Source of the DNA: Octopus vulgaris
Lineage: Eukaryota
Assembly (NCBI GenBank): GCA_951406725.2
Contig: OX597840.1
Span: 4,092,001-4,156,000 of the forward strand
Direction: 5' to 3'
DNA: 64,000 nucleotides
The position numbers and the translations under genes are program-made. Position 1 is the first letter of the stretch, and every line of letters begins with the position of its first letter. This document shows, piece by piece, positions 44,001-56,399 of the stretch. The notes below the pieces were generated by a model. That model saw only the letters and a list, made by a program, of their open reading frames with translations. It made no database searches and was not told the DNA's origin.

Positions 44001-44607
44001 AATGGAAAATAAAAGATAAAAGATATACGTTAAACTTTGCATGTGAAGGGACGCTGCTAATCTTTTATTATCATTATTATTATTAAACCCCATCGTAAAT
44101 CCAGAGAGGTTAAGAACTACAACACCTGGCGTGAGGCGAAGGGAAGAGTGTAATTTAAGAAAGGAAGTGAGTTTTGGGTTGCTGTTTCTAGCGTGGCGAT
44201 CAACCGTGTCGTTGGCAACGTTGTTTCCAATAGCTTTCTGAGTTGCCTCCCTGTAATGTCTTGACTTAAGGCAATTCCATGACGGTTAGCATGACGAAGC
44301 AATTACCTGTCATAGAGAGAGAGAGAGAGGTTCTAATTTAACAAGACTACAAAATGTTCCCATTCTTCCGCTTCCCTCCGCCTCCTCTTCTTCTTCCGCT
44401 CTCCTTCCTCTTCTTTCTGTCACCTCTCTCCAAGAGTGAATCTTGGAATCGCCGTGATGGCAAGGGAAGTAACTACATTATTATTTAAGCAATCAGGTAA
44501 AGAACGTAGTTACTTCCCTTAGATTCTTCACCGTCAATTGTTGATCCTCTCAATGTTTAGTTAAAGGTTTTAATATAAACTAGCGGTTCTTAACCAAGGG
44601 TCCATAT

Positions 44608-44886
44608 ATCCAGCGCCGCCGCGAGCGGCATATCATTTGTATGATGTGGAGAATATACCGCCAGCATTGCCCAAACGACCTGAACATTAGTTTCAAGGTT
44701 CATCCAAGGCTGGGACCACTGGCTATACGTCCCCTGCCCAATTCAGGATAGGTACACTGCGACACAATTTCTTTTCCTCGACAGGTCCTGCCCTGTTTAA
44801 CATTGTCCCGAAAGAGATCAAAGAGGAAAAGGATCCCATCACCTTTAAACGGAATCTGGACAGATTTCTTCAAGGAATACCGGATA
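44608..44886 (+). mobile_element. CR1/L2-group LINE ORF2 C-terminal fragment
   Basis: QRRRERHIICMMWRIY...PND...HPRLGP...FSSTGPALFNIVPKEIK...FKRNLDRFLQGIPD. Confidence 0.8.
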
Positions 44887-44888
44887 GA

Positions 44889-45110
44889 GTGTATAAAGTT
44901 TTCAACATTAAGGAAAAAAGAATCACCGAGGTTAAAAACGAAGTGGTGGAGCGATGCATGGCTCCGATATGGAACGAGGTACGCTACGTTAGCCGAGGTG
45001 TAAGAAGTGCTACAGTAGAAGTACGTTTCGAGTCGGCTAACGTAGCAAAAGAGATTTCGACGCAAACCTTAAAAAACGAAGAGATCATGTTGCTGCCAAC
45101 ATACCTGGAT
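44889..45110 (+). mobile_element. Probable LINE ORF1-like (RRM-type) fragment fused to the CR1 fragment
   Basis: Open frame VYKVFNIKEKRITEVKNEVVERCMAPIWNEVRYVSRGVRSATVEVRFESANVAKEISTQTLKNEEIMLLPTYL; assignment by pattern only. Confidence 0.4.
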
Positions 45111-45426
45111 ACAACTCACTCAACAAGAATTCACTACTTGAATGGACCATGAACAAAACTTGACTTAAACAGGATTTAGATAATCCTATCAGGTGGTGCT
45201 ATTAAGCTAGACATGGAAAGGACCAATCTTTGGTCGAAACATAAATTACCTATACTTGTACAATACACAAAATATTTCGGTACTACTAGCGAACAGTCGT
45301 AAGTAGTCGATCATACAACGTTTCAAGCCTACGCTCTTCTACAGAAAGGGACACAGAAAAAACAAGGAGAGAAAAAAATGTATGTAGTGGCTAACGATCT
45401 ATCATGGCGACTGATAGATCGTTTTA

Positions 45427-45480
<54 letters not shown>

Positions 45481-45552
45481 TAAAAACGGTAAGATAACAA
45501 AAGAAAGAAAGAGACCTCAATATTATGTAAATAGAGGAAATTTATCTATAAA

Positions 45553-45674
45553 ATAATATGTTACAACTACTCAATAGTCAAGATAAAACTCTGAGTTTCA
45601 GATGCCATGGATTCCCACTTCGGCATCTGAAACTCAGACTTTTATCTTGACTATTGAGTAATGTAACATATTAT
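45553..45674. repeat. Hairpin element in (TA)n (54-bp arms, 15-bp loop)
   Basis: Arms are reverse complements and carry GAAACTCAGA, like the 3' half of the hammerhead at 61750-61787. Confidence 0.85.
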
Positions 45675-45690
45675 AATATATTATATATAT

Positions 45691-45725
<35 letters not shown>

Positions 45726-45819
45726 AGAGTTTACGAAAAATACAAAAGACGAAGACAGGTGGTGTACAAAACAAACAGATGTATTAGTATAACGCTCAAG
45801 AATTAGGGATTGGAGAATA

Positions 45820-46230
45820 TAAGACCCAAGCTACATATGTTTCACTGGTTGTCAATGAATGGTAGAGGACAAACACAAACACACAAACATACAAGGTATC
45901 CTTGGCCTGAAGAGTAGCTTGCGGTCGACCTCTCGATTGGATAATATACAACCTCCGAAGTTCCGCTATCTATGAAACATATATAGCTTGGATTTTATCA
46001 ATTCCATTCCCTAATTTTGGGGATATTCATTCGCATGAGCAGCAACCCAAGTTGCTAATATAGAATAAGCATTCTTTTCAGCTTAGCGTGCTTCGATAGG
46101 GGAAAAATTCTGAACCTTCTGCGCCTATAAAGCTCCATTGTTCAAGAAAGTTGTTGTTTTTATATATCTTCTATGGATTGTTTGAAGCCCACTAACTTCC
46201 AACACCTTGATCCTTGGATCTTACATTTAC
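45820..46230 (+). mobile_element. Penelope-like remnant with a hammerhead motif at 45904-45988
   Basis: GGC-CTGAAGA-G-TAGC...GCTA..GAAA-CATATA-TA-GCT; a short inverted copy of the 3' part lies at 45826-45843. Confidence 0.6.
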
Positions 46231-46310
46231 AGACAGACAGACAGATAGATAGACAGATAGATAGACAGGTAGGTAGACAGATAGATAGATAGACAGAAAG
46301 ATAGATAGAC

Positions 46311-46381
<71 letters not shown>

Positions 46382-46386
46382 CAGAA

Positions 46387-46421
<35 letters not shown>

Positions 46422-46623
46422 TATGCGGGGTGGTGTATGTGACTTTGTGTTCGTGTTTGTCTCGCCTCGCTGCTCGACTGAGTTCGTTCCTCTACGTCCC
46501 GTAACCTAGCCGTTCGGCAAAAGATTACCGATAGCATAAGTATCAAACTTAAGAAAATACTTTCTAACGTCGATCTGATGACCTAAAAAAATTTCAAGAC
46601 ATGGTGTCCCAGCATGGCCACTA

Positions 46624-46689
<66 letters not shown>

Positions 46690-46886
46690 GAAGTAAATAT
46701 ATGGTACAACGAAGTACCATAGAAGTAAATATATGGTACAACGAAGTATATTTACTTCTATGTATAATTTTCCCTCACGGGCTATTCTTTACTGAAAGCA
46801 ATACTCTCGTATTGCATTACTATATATATATATATATATTCGTTTTGCAAGAATTTTTATGTGAGATCGTGTGTTGAAACAGATGT

Positions 46887-47406
46887 ATTTGGGGACGGTC
46901 ATGTTGCCAGTTTAGCCAATAAAAACACACGCACTATATATTTGGTGTTAATTTGCTTCAGTTTTATTTTATATTTTATATTAATCGTATTTCGGCCAGA
47001 GTTCTTTCGTCACAGAATAAAAAATAATAAGTAGGTATAAACACATGGACAAAATAAATAAAAGCAAATTAAACGAACGTGTATAAATAGGGGATACAGA
47101 TAATACAGACACTCCCCATACACATAAACACACTTACTAAATATAGACACACACAGGGGTATACGCATGCACAAATAAAGACACATACAATAGGAATACA
47201 AAATGGCTGATCGTTAGTAAGGAAAGACACACAAATAAGAAAGAAGAAACCAAAGGACCACTGATGAGGTCACAGAAGTGTGACGAAAGAACTCTGGCCG
47301 AAATACGATTAATGTAAAAGATAAAATAAAGCTGAAGCAAATGAACACCAAATATATAGTGCGTGTGTTTTTATTCGCTAAACTGGCAACATGACCATCA
47401 CCAAAT

Positions 47407-47409
<3 letters not shown>
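46887..47409 (+). mobile_element. Penelope-like remnant with an inverted partial terminal repeat (46887-47014 vs 47279-47409)
   Basis: Inverted ~128-bp arms; same family as 9800-10078; flanked by (TA)n. Confidence 0.78.
47255..47299 (+). ncRNA. Minimal type-I hammerhead ribozyme motif
   Basis: CCA-CUGAUGA-G-GUCACA-gaag-UGUGAC-GAAA-G-aa-C-U-C^-UGG: intact core, 6-bp stem II, stem I cca/ugg. Activity untested. Confidence 0.72.
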
Positions 47410-47441
<32 letters not shown>

Positions 47442-47514
47442 TGCAAATTTAGGGTGAATACTTGATAAGTGTAAGCACTTGTATACGCCAGCTAATGGCA
47501 GAAGTGAGAGGGAA

Positions 47515-47815
47515 TATATCAAATAAAATCAAAAGTAGAACACAAAGGATGACGCGGTACACGTGTTTCAAGCTTTATAAACGATCTGTTCTTACATCAG
47601 CTAATAATAGATGGTTTAAATCTCTCTTCAGCCACATGCATTGTTATTCCAAAGAGTTACATCTTCAATAACAATGCATGCGGCTGAAGAGAGCTTTAAA
47701 CCATCTTTTATATTTATTATACACTGACGTAAGAACAGGTCGTTTATAAAGCTTGAAACACGTGTATCGCGACATCCTTTGTGTTCTGCTTTTGATTTTA
47801 TTTGAGATATATATA
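47515..47815. mobile_element. Palindromic element carrying two divergent hammerhead motifs (- 47554-47635, + 47680-47770)
   Basis: Arms 47515-47648 and 47667-47815. Plus strand: GCGG-CUGAAGA-G-AGCUUUA...UAAAGCU-U-GAAA-CACGUG-UA^-UCGC (CCGC in the other arm). Confidence 0.75.
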
Positions 47816-48004
47816 TATATCGATAGTTCCGTCCAAAATAAAAGGTTTTCTGAGAAGAAAGCTCCATACTTTAGCACTGCAGCAGCATCCCGTTTCTGTG
47901 TCCTGTTGCTATCAGTTGCTGTCAACGAATTTACATATGTTTAAGGGAGACAACTCTTATCACTTTCATTTAGACGTTGTGCCTTTTTGCAGATAAAATT
48001 CTTT

Positions 48005-48398
48005 TCTCCTCTAAGCACAAGGCCCAAAATTTGGGGGAAGGATAGCCAGTCGATTAGATCGACCCCAGTATGCAACTGGTACTTAATTTATCGCCCCCGC
48101 CGTAAGGATGAAAGGCAAAGTCGACCTCGGCGGAATTTGAACTCAGAACGTAAAGACAGACGAAATACCTATTTCCTTACTACCCACAAGGGGCTAAACA
48201 CAATGGGGACAAACAAGGACAGACAAACGGATTAAGTCGATTATATCGACCCCAGTGCGTAACTGGTACTTATTTAATCGACCCTGAAAGGATGAAAGGC
48301 AAAGTCGACCTCGGCGTAATTTGAACTCTGAACGTAAAGACAGACGAAATACCGCTAATAATTTTCACCCGGCATGCTAACGTTTCTATCAGCTAGCC
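48005..48398 (-). mobile_element. Family-A SINE, internally duplicated form
   Basis: Same junction as 2235-2596. Confidence 0.87.
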
Positions 48399-48560
48399 AT
48401 ATCTTCTGGTTTACAAGTAAATTTTAGCCTGAAAACTTCAGCTTGTATGCCAGGAAACATGGTAGTTTCGTTTCTAAATTAAACACGGACATATTCATAG
48501 TTTTTGCCACGCACCGGAATTCAGCCACTTAGTGTATACACGTTTGTGTGTATATACATA

Positions 48561-48594
<34 letters not shown>

Positions 48595-49099
48595 ATTCTT
48601 TAAATAGAATGTGACACACAGATAAGGAAAAAAAAATTAAAAATATAAAATTAATTATATGAATTTTTAATAAATTTTTTTTTTTTTGATTTTTTTTTTC
48701 ACAATTTTCTTTTGGCAAGTTATGAAAATGTATTTCAAATGTTCATGATTGGACATTTTTTAGCTTTATACATAAACATTATATAAATATATACACACAC
48801 ACACATATATATATATATATTTATATATGTATGTATGTATATGTGTGTGTATATATGGCATACACATTATATGTAATTTTTGCATAACATTCATATATGG
48901 CACAGCAACAGTACAAGAGCATATATAGCATACATGCATATTCCCCATAATCATATAATCATCATTTGTACATCTGATTTTCCATGCTAGCATGGGATGG
49001 TTGGGTCTTTGTCTGCACATAAACATGCATACATATGTGTGTGTATGTGTGTGTCTGTGTGTGTATGTAATTATATATATATATATATATATATCTTCT

Positions 49100-49302
49100 A
49101 CTCTCTTTTACTTGTTTCAGTCATTTGACTGCGGCCATGCTGGAGCACCGCCTTTAATCGAGCAACTCGACCCCGGGACTTATTCTTTTGTAAGCCCAGT
49201 ACTTATTCTATCGGTCTCTTTTGCCAAACCGCCAAGTAACGGGAACATAAACACACCAGCATCGGTTGTCAAGCAATGCTAGGGAGACAAACACAGAAAC
49301 AC

Positions 49303-49343
<41 letters not shown>

Positions 49344-49505
49344 AGGGGCTTCTTTCAGTTTCCGTCTACCAAATCCACTCACAAAGCTTTGGTCGGCCCG
49401 AGGCTATAGTAGAAGACACTTGCCCAAGGTACCACGCAGTCGGACTGAACCCGGAACCATGTGGTTCGTAAGCAAGCAACTTACCACACAGCCACTCCTG
49501 CGCCT
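49100..49505 (-). mobile_element. Family-B SINE, near consensus; decayed B pieces continue to about 50205
   Basis: Consensus match. Confidence 0.9.
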
Positions 49506-50259
49506 ATATATAATTGTCATTTATCTTTTGTTTCTGTGATGCGGGGTCAAGATCTTCAAGGGTTTAGCCAAACAAACAAACCCCGGTACTTTTCCTTCAT
49601 AAGTTTGGTACATATTCTATCAGTCGTTTTTGCCAAACCGCTAAGTTACAGTGATGTAAACAAACCATCATCAATTCTCAAGCAGTGGTTGGGACAACTA
49701 CAAAACACACACACACACACACATATATATACACACACACATGCATGCACATACACATATACACACACACACACTCACACACATATATATACACACTCAC
49801 ACACATATATACACACACACGCGCATGCACACATATATACACACACGCACACACATATATATACATATATATACACACACACACACACACACATATATAC
49901 ACACACACATATATACACACACACACACATATCGGCACAGGTATGGCCGTGTGATAAGAAGTTTGCTCCCCAACCACATAGTCCCAGGTTCAGTCCCACT
50001 AAGTGGCACTTGAGACAGGTGTCCTCTACTACAGCCTCAGCCTCACCAAATCCCTGTGATCAGATTTCATACACAAGTTATTGGGTTGGCGCAGGTCTAT
50101 AGAAATGAACACTTGCCCAAGGTGGCACATACTAGAACTGAACCCAAAACCACATGGTTGCAAAGCAAGCCCCTTATCCACACAGCCATGGCATCACCTA
50201 CACACCCACATATGTATAGGCGCACACACATATATGTATACATGTATGTATTTGGATTT

Positions 50260-50525
50260 GTTTTGGTCCTTGGTCATCTCCTTCTTGAAGCCCAACATTA
50301 TCAGGCCCTGGCTTCCATTTCTCTCAACGTCTCCTTCGGTCCCTCCATTTAGATCTCCAGGCAGTTCTCTCACCCCTTTAATGTCCAAATGCACCCATAT
50401 GTCCATACCATCCCAGTCTTATCTCTTGCACACAACATCTGATTTCCTTTCACACCTGTTTTTTTTTTTACCTGTCTCAGTTCATTCAAACTGCCATTTA
50501 TTGCACACCCAGCGAAGCATGGTCA
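50260..50525 (-). mobile_element. Decayed RTE LINE C-terminal fragment
   Basis: Minus strand MLRWVCN...VQE-RLGWYGH...MLGFKKEMTKD, with frameshifts. Confidence 0.6.
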
Positions 50526-50968
50526 TCGTATTTATAGTAGTTGTATGTGTGTGTATGAGTGTGTGAGTTTGTATGTGCAGGTGCCCTTTTTCTTGTGCAT
50601 GTTTGTATCATTTTTTGATGCATGTGTTTTTGTGTGTGTATATAGATAAATATATAAATATACAGATACATATATACAAATATATATATATACACACACA
50701 TATGTACATATACAGACATACACATATACACATAGATACATACATGTACAGATATATACATATATATATATATATATACATAGTTACATACATATGTACA
50801 TAGATACCTATGTACATTTATATATATGTACATAGATACATATATATACACATACGTGTATGTATGTATATATATATACACTAATATAGGATAAAATTTT
50901 TTCAGAAAATAATTTCATCAAAAGTGACAGCATATTAAAATACCTTTAAAGGTTAAAATTATAAACAA

Positions 50969-51334
50969 CTTATAAACAAGGGCAAAAGAAAAATTATTTC
51001 TATGTCAATATGCTGATAACAGACTTTAAATCGTCAATTTCCACATTTCATTATACATTCACTATAAATACACTTCGTGCTGAAATCGAGGAAAGCTAAC
51101 CAACAGAATTCTTTTTTAAAAAGTTCGATATTTCTATATTGAATCAATTTCAGAAGAAAATACGATTTTCTACTGAAGAGGATTAATCCCGAAATTGATT
51201 CTATATAGAAATAACGAACTTTTAAAAAAATTCTGTTGGCTAGCTTTCCTAGATTGCAGCAGAATGTGTATTTATAAAGTCTGTTATCAGCATATTGGCA
51301 TTGAAACAATTTTTCTTTTGCCCTTGCTTATAAG
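50969..51334. mobile_element. Fold-back element (arms 50969-51151 and 51191-51334) with CTGAAGA-GGAT-ta-ATCC-C-GAAA in the spacer
   Basis: Inverted arms read directly; hammerhead-like core with degenerate stems I and III. Confidence 0.7.
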
Positions 51335-51341
51335 CTGTATG

Positions 51342-51379
<38 letters not shown>

Positions 51380-51401
51380 TACATGCACACATGTATATAA
51401 G

Positions 51402-51450
<49 letters not shown>

Positions 51451-52813
51451 TACATGCACACATATACACATTCACACACATATACATATATTTACATACA
51501 CACACACATATTTAAATGCATGTATAAACAAATATCTGTACACATGCATGCTTTGATTTTCTTTGATTGTATATTTTATTATATAATAATATTTTTTTTT
51601 CCAATATATTCATCTTTACATTTTTTTAATACATTTTTTTTTCTTTTTCAACGAGTACCCCTTGACATACAGGACAAATCTTAGCAGTGACAAAAGGCCT
51701 ACACTTGTTAACCCACCCACACCCGTCCCACTCCCCACCCACACGTGTACATGTGTATATATATGTATATATATCTATATATATATATGTATATATATAA
51801 ATAATTTGTGTGTGTGTGTGTATATAGTCATTTTCGTATTGTTTTACTTGATCCCCTTCAATCATACAGAGTAGTAAGTTGTAGTAGTAGTAGTAGTAGT
51901 AGTAGTAGTTGTAGTGGTGGTGGTGGTGGTGGTGGTGGTAGTGGTGGTGGCAGCAATAGTAGCATCAATTACCTCCCTTTCTTCCCCTCCCCCTCGGTCT
52001 CTCTGCCTCACTCACTCCGCAGGCATTACAAAACTAAGTGGGCAGTTTTCTTGTACATAAACATTCATTCACACACATAAACACACACACACAGACAAAC
52101 ATGCACGTGTATATACACACACACACATACATGCATATACATAAATACACATACATATATATATATATATATATAAACACACATTTATATACATATATAT
52201 ACATACACATACATATATATATATATACATACATTTATATACATATAATATATATATATATATATACACACATACATTTATATTCATATATATATACACA
52301 CACACATATATATATACACACATACATATATATATATACACACATATATATATACACACATACATATATACACACATACATATATATACACACATATATA
52401 CATATATATATACACACATACATATATATATACACAGTATATAACAGTATATATACACACAGTATATATATAACAGTATATATAACAGTATATATACACA
52501 GTATATGTACACACATACATATATATACACACATATATACATATATATATACACACATACATATATATATACACACATACATATATATATACACACGTAC
52601 ATATATATATATATACACACATACATATATATATATATATACACACATACATATATATATATATTATATATATGTGCACATACACATACATAGATGTGAA
52701 TATATAAGTATATCAGTACATACATGAATGTGTTTTATATATATATACATACACACACACACACACACACAAACATATATATATACAGCGCACATCAAAT
52801 GAGTAGGGGAGGA

Positions 52814-52869
52814 TCAGCCAAGCAGTTCAAATTCGTCTTCGGTATCACAGAAATCAACATTGACGTAAA
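52814..52869 (-). CDS. ATG4B: ATG4 terminal coding exon with C-terminal LIR motif
   Basis: Acceptor ttcttctttttcag|TT, phase-1 join gives VYVNVDFCDTEDEFELLG-TGA. The acidic run plus F-E-L-L parallels the human ATG4B C-terminal LIR (EDEDFEIL). Too short for the ORF track. Confidence 0.88.
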
Positions 52870-53743
52870 CTGAAAAAGAAGAATAGAAAGGCATGAACAA
52901 AATTACAAAATCTATATCTTACACGAGGTACATATTTATTTATACCTTACTAGATAAATGTACCTTATCTACGGTACCTAGCGACAACTAAATAAATGTA
53001 CCCTATCTGTTGTACATATTTGTAACTCGCTAAATAGATTGGCAACCCGGTATTCATCCAGGATACCTCTTTACAGTGCTAGCAAGGCAACTCAGGTAAC
53101 GATCATGGCACAGAAGCCAGTTAGCCACTCTGGCAACGATCACGCTCGGATGGTGCTCTTAGCACCCTACTAGCACGGGGCACAAGTGCCAGTAAAACCC
53201 TATTTTTTCCCCATAACATTATTTTCACACATGCGTTGTCTTAATTCTGTCATACAGCCAAAAATGCTTTCTCTGTATACAATTACTTGCATCATTTATT
53301 AAATATTCATTTTTCCATTACTGTCTTCTCTTTTTCTTTTTATATATTTTCCTATAACTCATCCTTTTTACTTTTTAGTCTAGCAACCCTGTCCCTTTTT
53401 TGTACTTGCTTTATTCCTTCCTTCAAGCTCATTCATTCATAACCCCAGTAACTTTTTGCAGTTGATGTCCCCAAACTGAACAATACAATCAATAAAGAGT
53501 TGAAATTTTGATGATTTTTGGGCCAATAATTGATGAGGGGTGAGCATGTCCAAGTCCCTTGTGTGCTTTTATCTGTTTCCCATATGGTCCACTGTCGTCC
53601 TTTTGTGTCACAGTGACCCTGCTGGTGCTGGTGCCACATTAAAAGTACTCAGTTCACTCTTTATCTATCTATATATAGATAAAGGCAGACAGACACAATT
53701 TCGTGTTTATTATTACAGATATATATATATATATATATATATA

Positions 53744-54891
53744 CTAGCACTATGACCTGGCAACGCTGAGTCATAGTGCTAGTGCATGCATATACAGCTG
53801 CATGCGTGCACACATACACGCGAGTACTGTCCAAGTCTCCGACCAATCATATACAGCTAGATGGCATTCAATTGGTGTATCAAGTTTCGGGTATTTTGAT
53901 TGGGTTTTGGATAGAAAATTCACAAAAAAGTCACTTCTATTGATTTTTTAATGGCTTTGCAGGGAGACTGGGGAAATGTAAAGATGTGCATGACCACCCT
54001 TGGACGGTTTTGAATGACCATAGAAAGTGCGAGCACTCTAATTGAAAAATTGTGGATTTGTATAAAGGACACACACACAGACAGACATTTTGCTGTTTAT
54101 ATATAGAAAGGTTTGCGTGGTGACTGGGGAAATGTAAAGATGTGCACGACCACCCTTGGACGGTTTTGAATGATCATAGAAAGTGCGAGCCCTCTAACTG
54201 AAAAATTGTGGATTTGTATAAAGGACATACACACAGACATACATTTTGCTGTTTATATATAGAAAGGTTTGCGTGGTGACTGGGGAAATGTAAAGATGTG
54301 CACGACCACCGTTGGACGGTTTTGAATGACCATAAAAAGTGCGAGCCCTCTAACTAAAAAATTGTGGATTTGTATAAAGGACACACACACAGACAGACAT
54401 TTTGCTGTTTATATATAGAAAGGTTTGCGTGGTGACTGGGGAAATGTAAAGATGTGCACGACCACCCTTGGACGGTTTTGAATGACCATAGAAAGTGCGA
54501 GCACTCTAATTGAAAAATTGTGGATTTGTATAAAGGACACACACACAGACAGACATTTTGCTGTTTATATATAGAAAGGTTTGCGTGGTGACTGGGGAAA
54601 TGTAAAGATGTGCACGACCACCCTTGGACGGTTTTGAATGACCATAGAAAGTGCGAGCACTCTAATTGAAAAATTGTGGATTTGTATAAAGGACACACAC
54701 ACAGACAGACATTTTGCTGTTTATATATAAAGAGGTTTGCGTGGTGACTGGGGAAATGTAAAGATGTGCACGACCACCCTTGGACGGTTTTGAATGACCA
54801 TAGAAAGTGCGAGCCCTCTAACTGAAAAATTGTGGATTTGTATAAAGGACACACACACAGACAGACATTTTGCCGTTTATATATAGAGAGA
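53744..54891 (-). mobile_element. Non-autonomous Helitron with six tandem 156-bp units, in the last ATG4 intron
   Basis: Minus strand A|TC...CTAG|T; terminal hairpin ctagcactatgac/gtcatagtgctag. Units start at 53966, 54122, 54278, 54434, 54590 and 54746. Confidence 0.82.
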
Positions 54892-55069
54892 TATATAAGG
54901 ATGGAGGATTGGGTTATAACATTAGCCTTATGTAATAAGTGTTACCACTGAAGCAAAAACAAAATACCGTTCCATCCCATCTATTTTGGCATGAATGGAG
55001 TGGGTGGGCAGGTTGAATGGTTATGAAACAACAAACATCTCCAAGACAACAACAATGTCAAAGACTCAC

Positions 55070-55226
55070 CAGGTTTCGAGGTTCCACCAGCGGCCATGTA
55101 TGCTTCAGGAGGCCAATGTTTAGGCCGGAGCTTATGAATTTCAAACATTGGTGTCTTGCTGACCATTTTCTGCCGGAATGCTTCGCAAAGGTCATCAAAT
55201 TCGTCTTCGGTCAAGCAGAAAAACCC
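55070..55226 (-). CDS. ATG4B: ATG4 penultimate coding exon
   Basis: Acceptor acaaaacag|GGG, donor G|gtgagt, 157 bp. Encodes GFFCLTEDEFDDLCEAFRQKMVSKTPMFEIHKLRPKHWPPEAYMAAGGTSKP, continuing DPSVAL-GFFC as in ATG4B. Confidence 0.94.
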
Positions 55227-55399
55227 CTGTTTTGTAAATGTCAAGATTTTGGGAGAAAAAAAAGAAGGGCAAATGAAAATAAGACAAGGGAGAAAGTTGA
55301 GACAGGAAAACCATCACCTCCCCCCACTCGCAGATACACATAGGCACCTATGGAACTCAAAAATGGGACAATCACCATTTCGCTCCCTCTTTCACATGT

Positions 55400-55445
55400 C
55401 TTTTGTCCCTCTCGCAAGTTTTCTCTCTCTCTCTCTTTCTCTTTC

Positions 55446-55476
<31 letters not shown>

Positions 55477-55720
55477 CTCTCTCTTTCTTTCTCTCTCTTT
55501 CTTTCTCTCTCTCTTTCTTTCTCTCTCTCTCTCCTTCTCTCTTTCTTTCTCTCTCTCTCTCTTTCTCTCTGTCTCTCAGACACAGCCAAGCTTTGAACAT
55601 ACAACAGTAGGACAGTTTCTCTCTTTCACTCTCTCTCCTTCCCACTATCTTTCCTTATCTCTCTGTTTCCCTATCACTCTCTGTCTATCTCTCTCTCTCT
55701 TTATCCACCTCTTTATCACT
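55400..55720. repeat. (CT)n/(CTTT)n polypyrimidine tract
   Basis: Read directly. Confidence 0.95.
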
Positions 55721-55767
55721 ATCAGTCTCTATACCTATTTATCTGTGGGCATGTATACACACACTCT

Positions 55768-55798
<31 letters not shown>

Positions 55799-56322
55799 TC
55801 AGCAAAATTTAGATTCAAATGAATATGGTACTTAAGTTAGATGCACCAGAATTTTGTATGGTGTTATCCATAAAAATCCATGGGGTGATTACAATCAAAA
55901 TAAGCAACAAGAATATCTTTGGTAAGATATTCTTGTTGCTTATTTGGATATATATATATAGATATATATATATATGAGCAAAATGACCCCCATCCAATGG
56001 ACAGTGCTGAGTTGTCAAACATTTAAACCAAATTTTCTTAAATTTGGCCTCCCCTTTGAGAAACATTGATTTAACCTACATTTGAGACACCGGCAAAAGA
56101 CGGAGTTCGACTGATGTACTTGCGCATACAAATGCACATTCCCACAGCTTTATCGATCGCATTCTCACCTGGAATCGATTTTTGTAATTTTTTCAAGACT
56201 TATACATGCCCTGATAGCGTCGGTATCCACATATTAAATTTGAGTGCAATCGGATGGAGGATGTCCGAGATCCTAGAAGACACACACAGACAGACAGAAC
56301 AGATTTTACATTATATATATAC

Positions 56323-56397
<75 letters not shown>

Positions 56398-56399
<2 letters not shown>

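Noticed and set aside
45205-45245. Extra hammerhead candidates (gacca-atctt-tggtc-gaaac; also about 12960-12980 and 30672-30790)
   Set aside because: The CUGANGA core or stem I is too decayed to support a call.
53966-54891. CRISPR-like array or 52-aa repeat protein (ORF 54354-54854)
   Set aside because: Contiguous tandem units with no unique spacers inside a Helitron; the ORF arises because 156 is divisible by 3.
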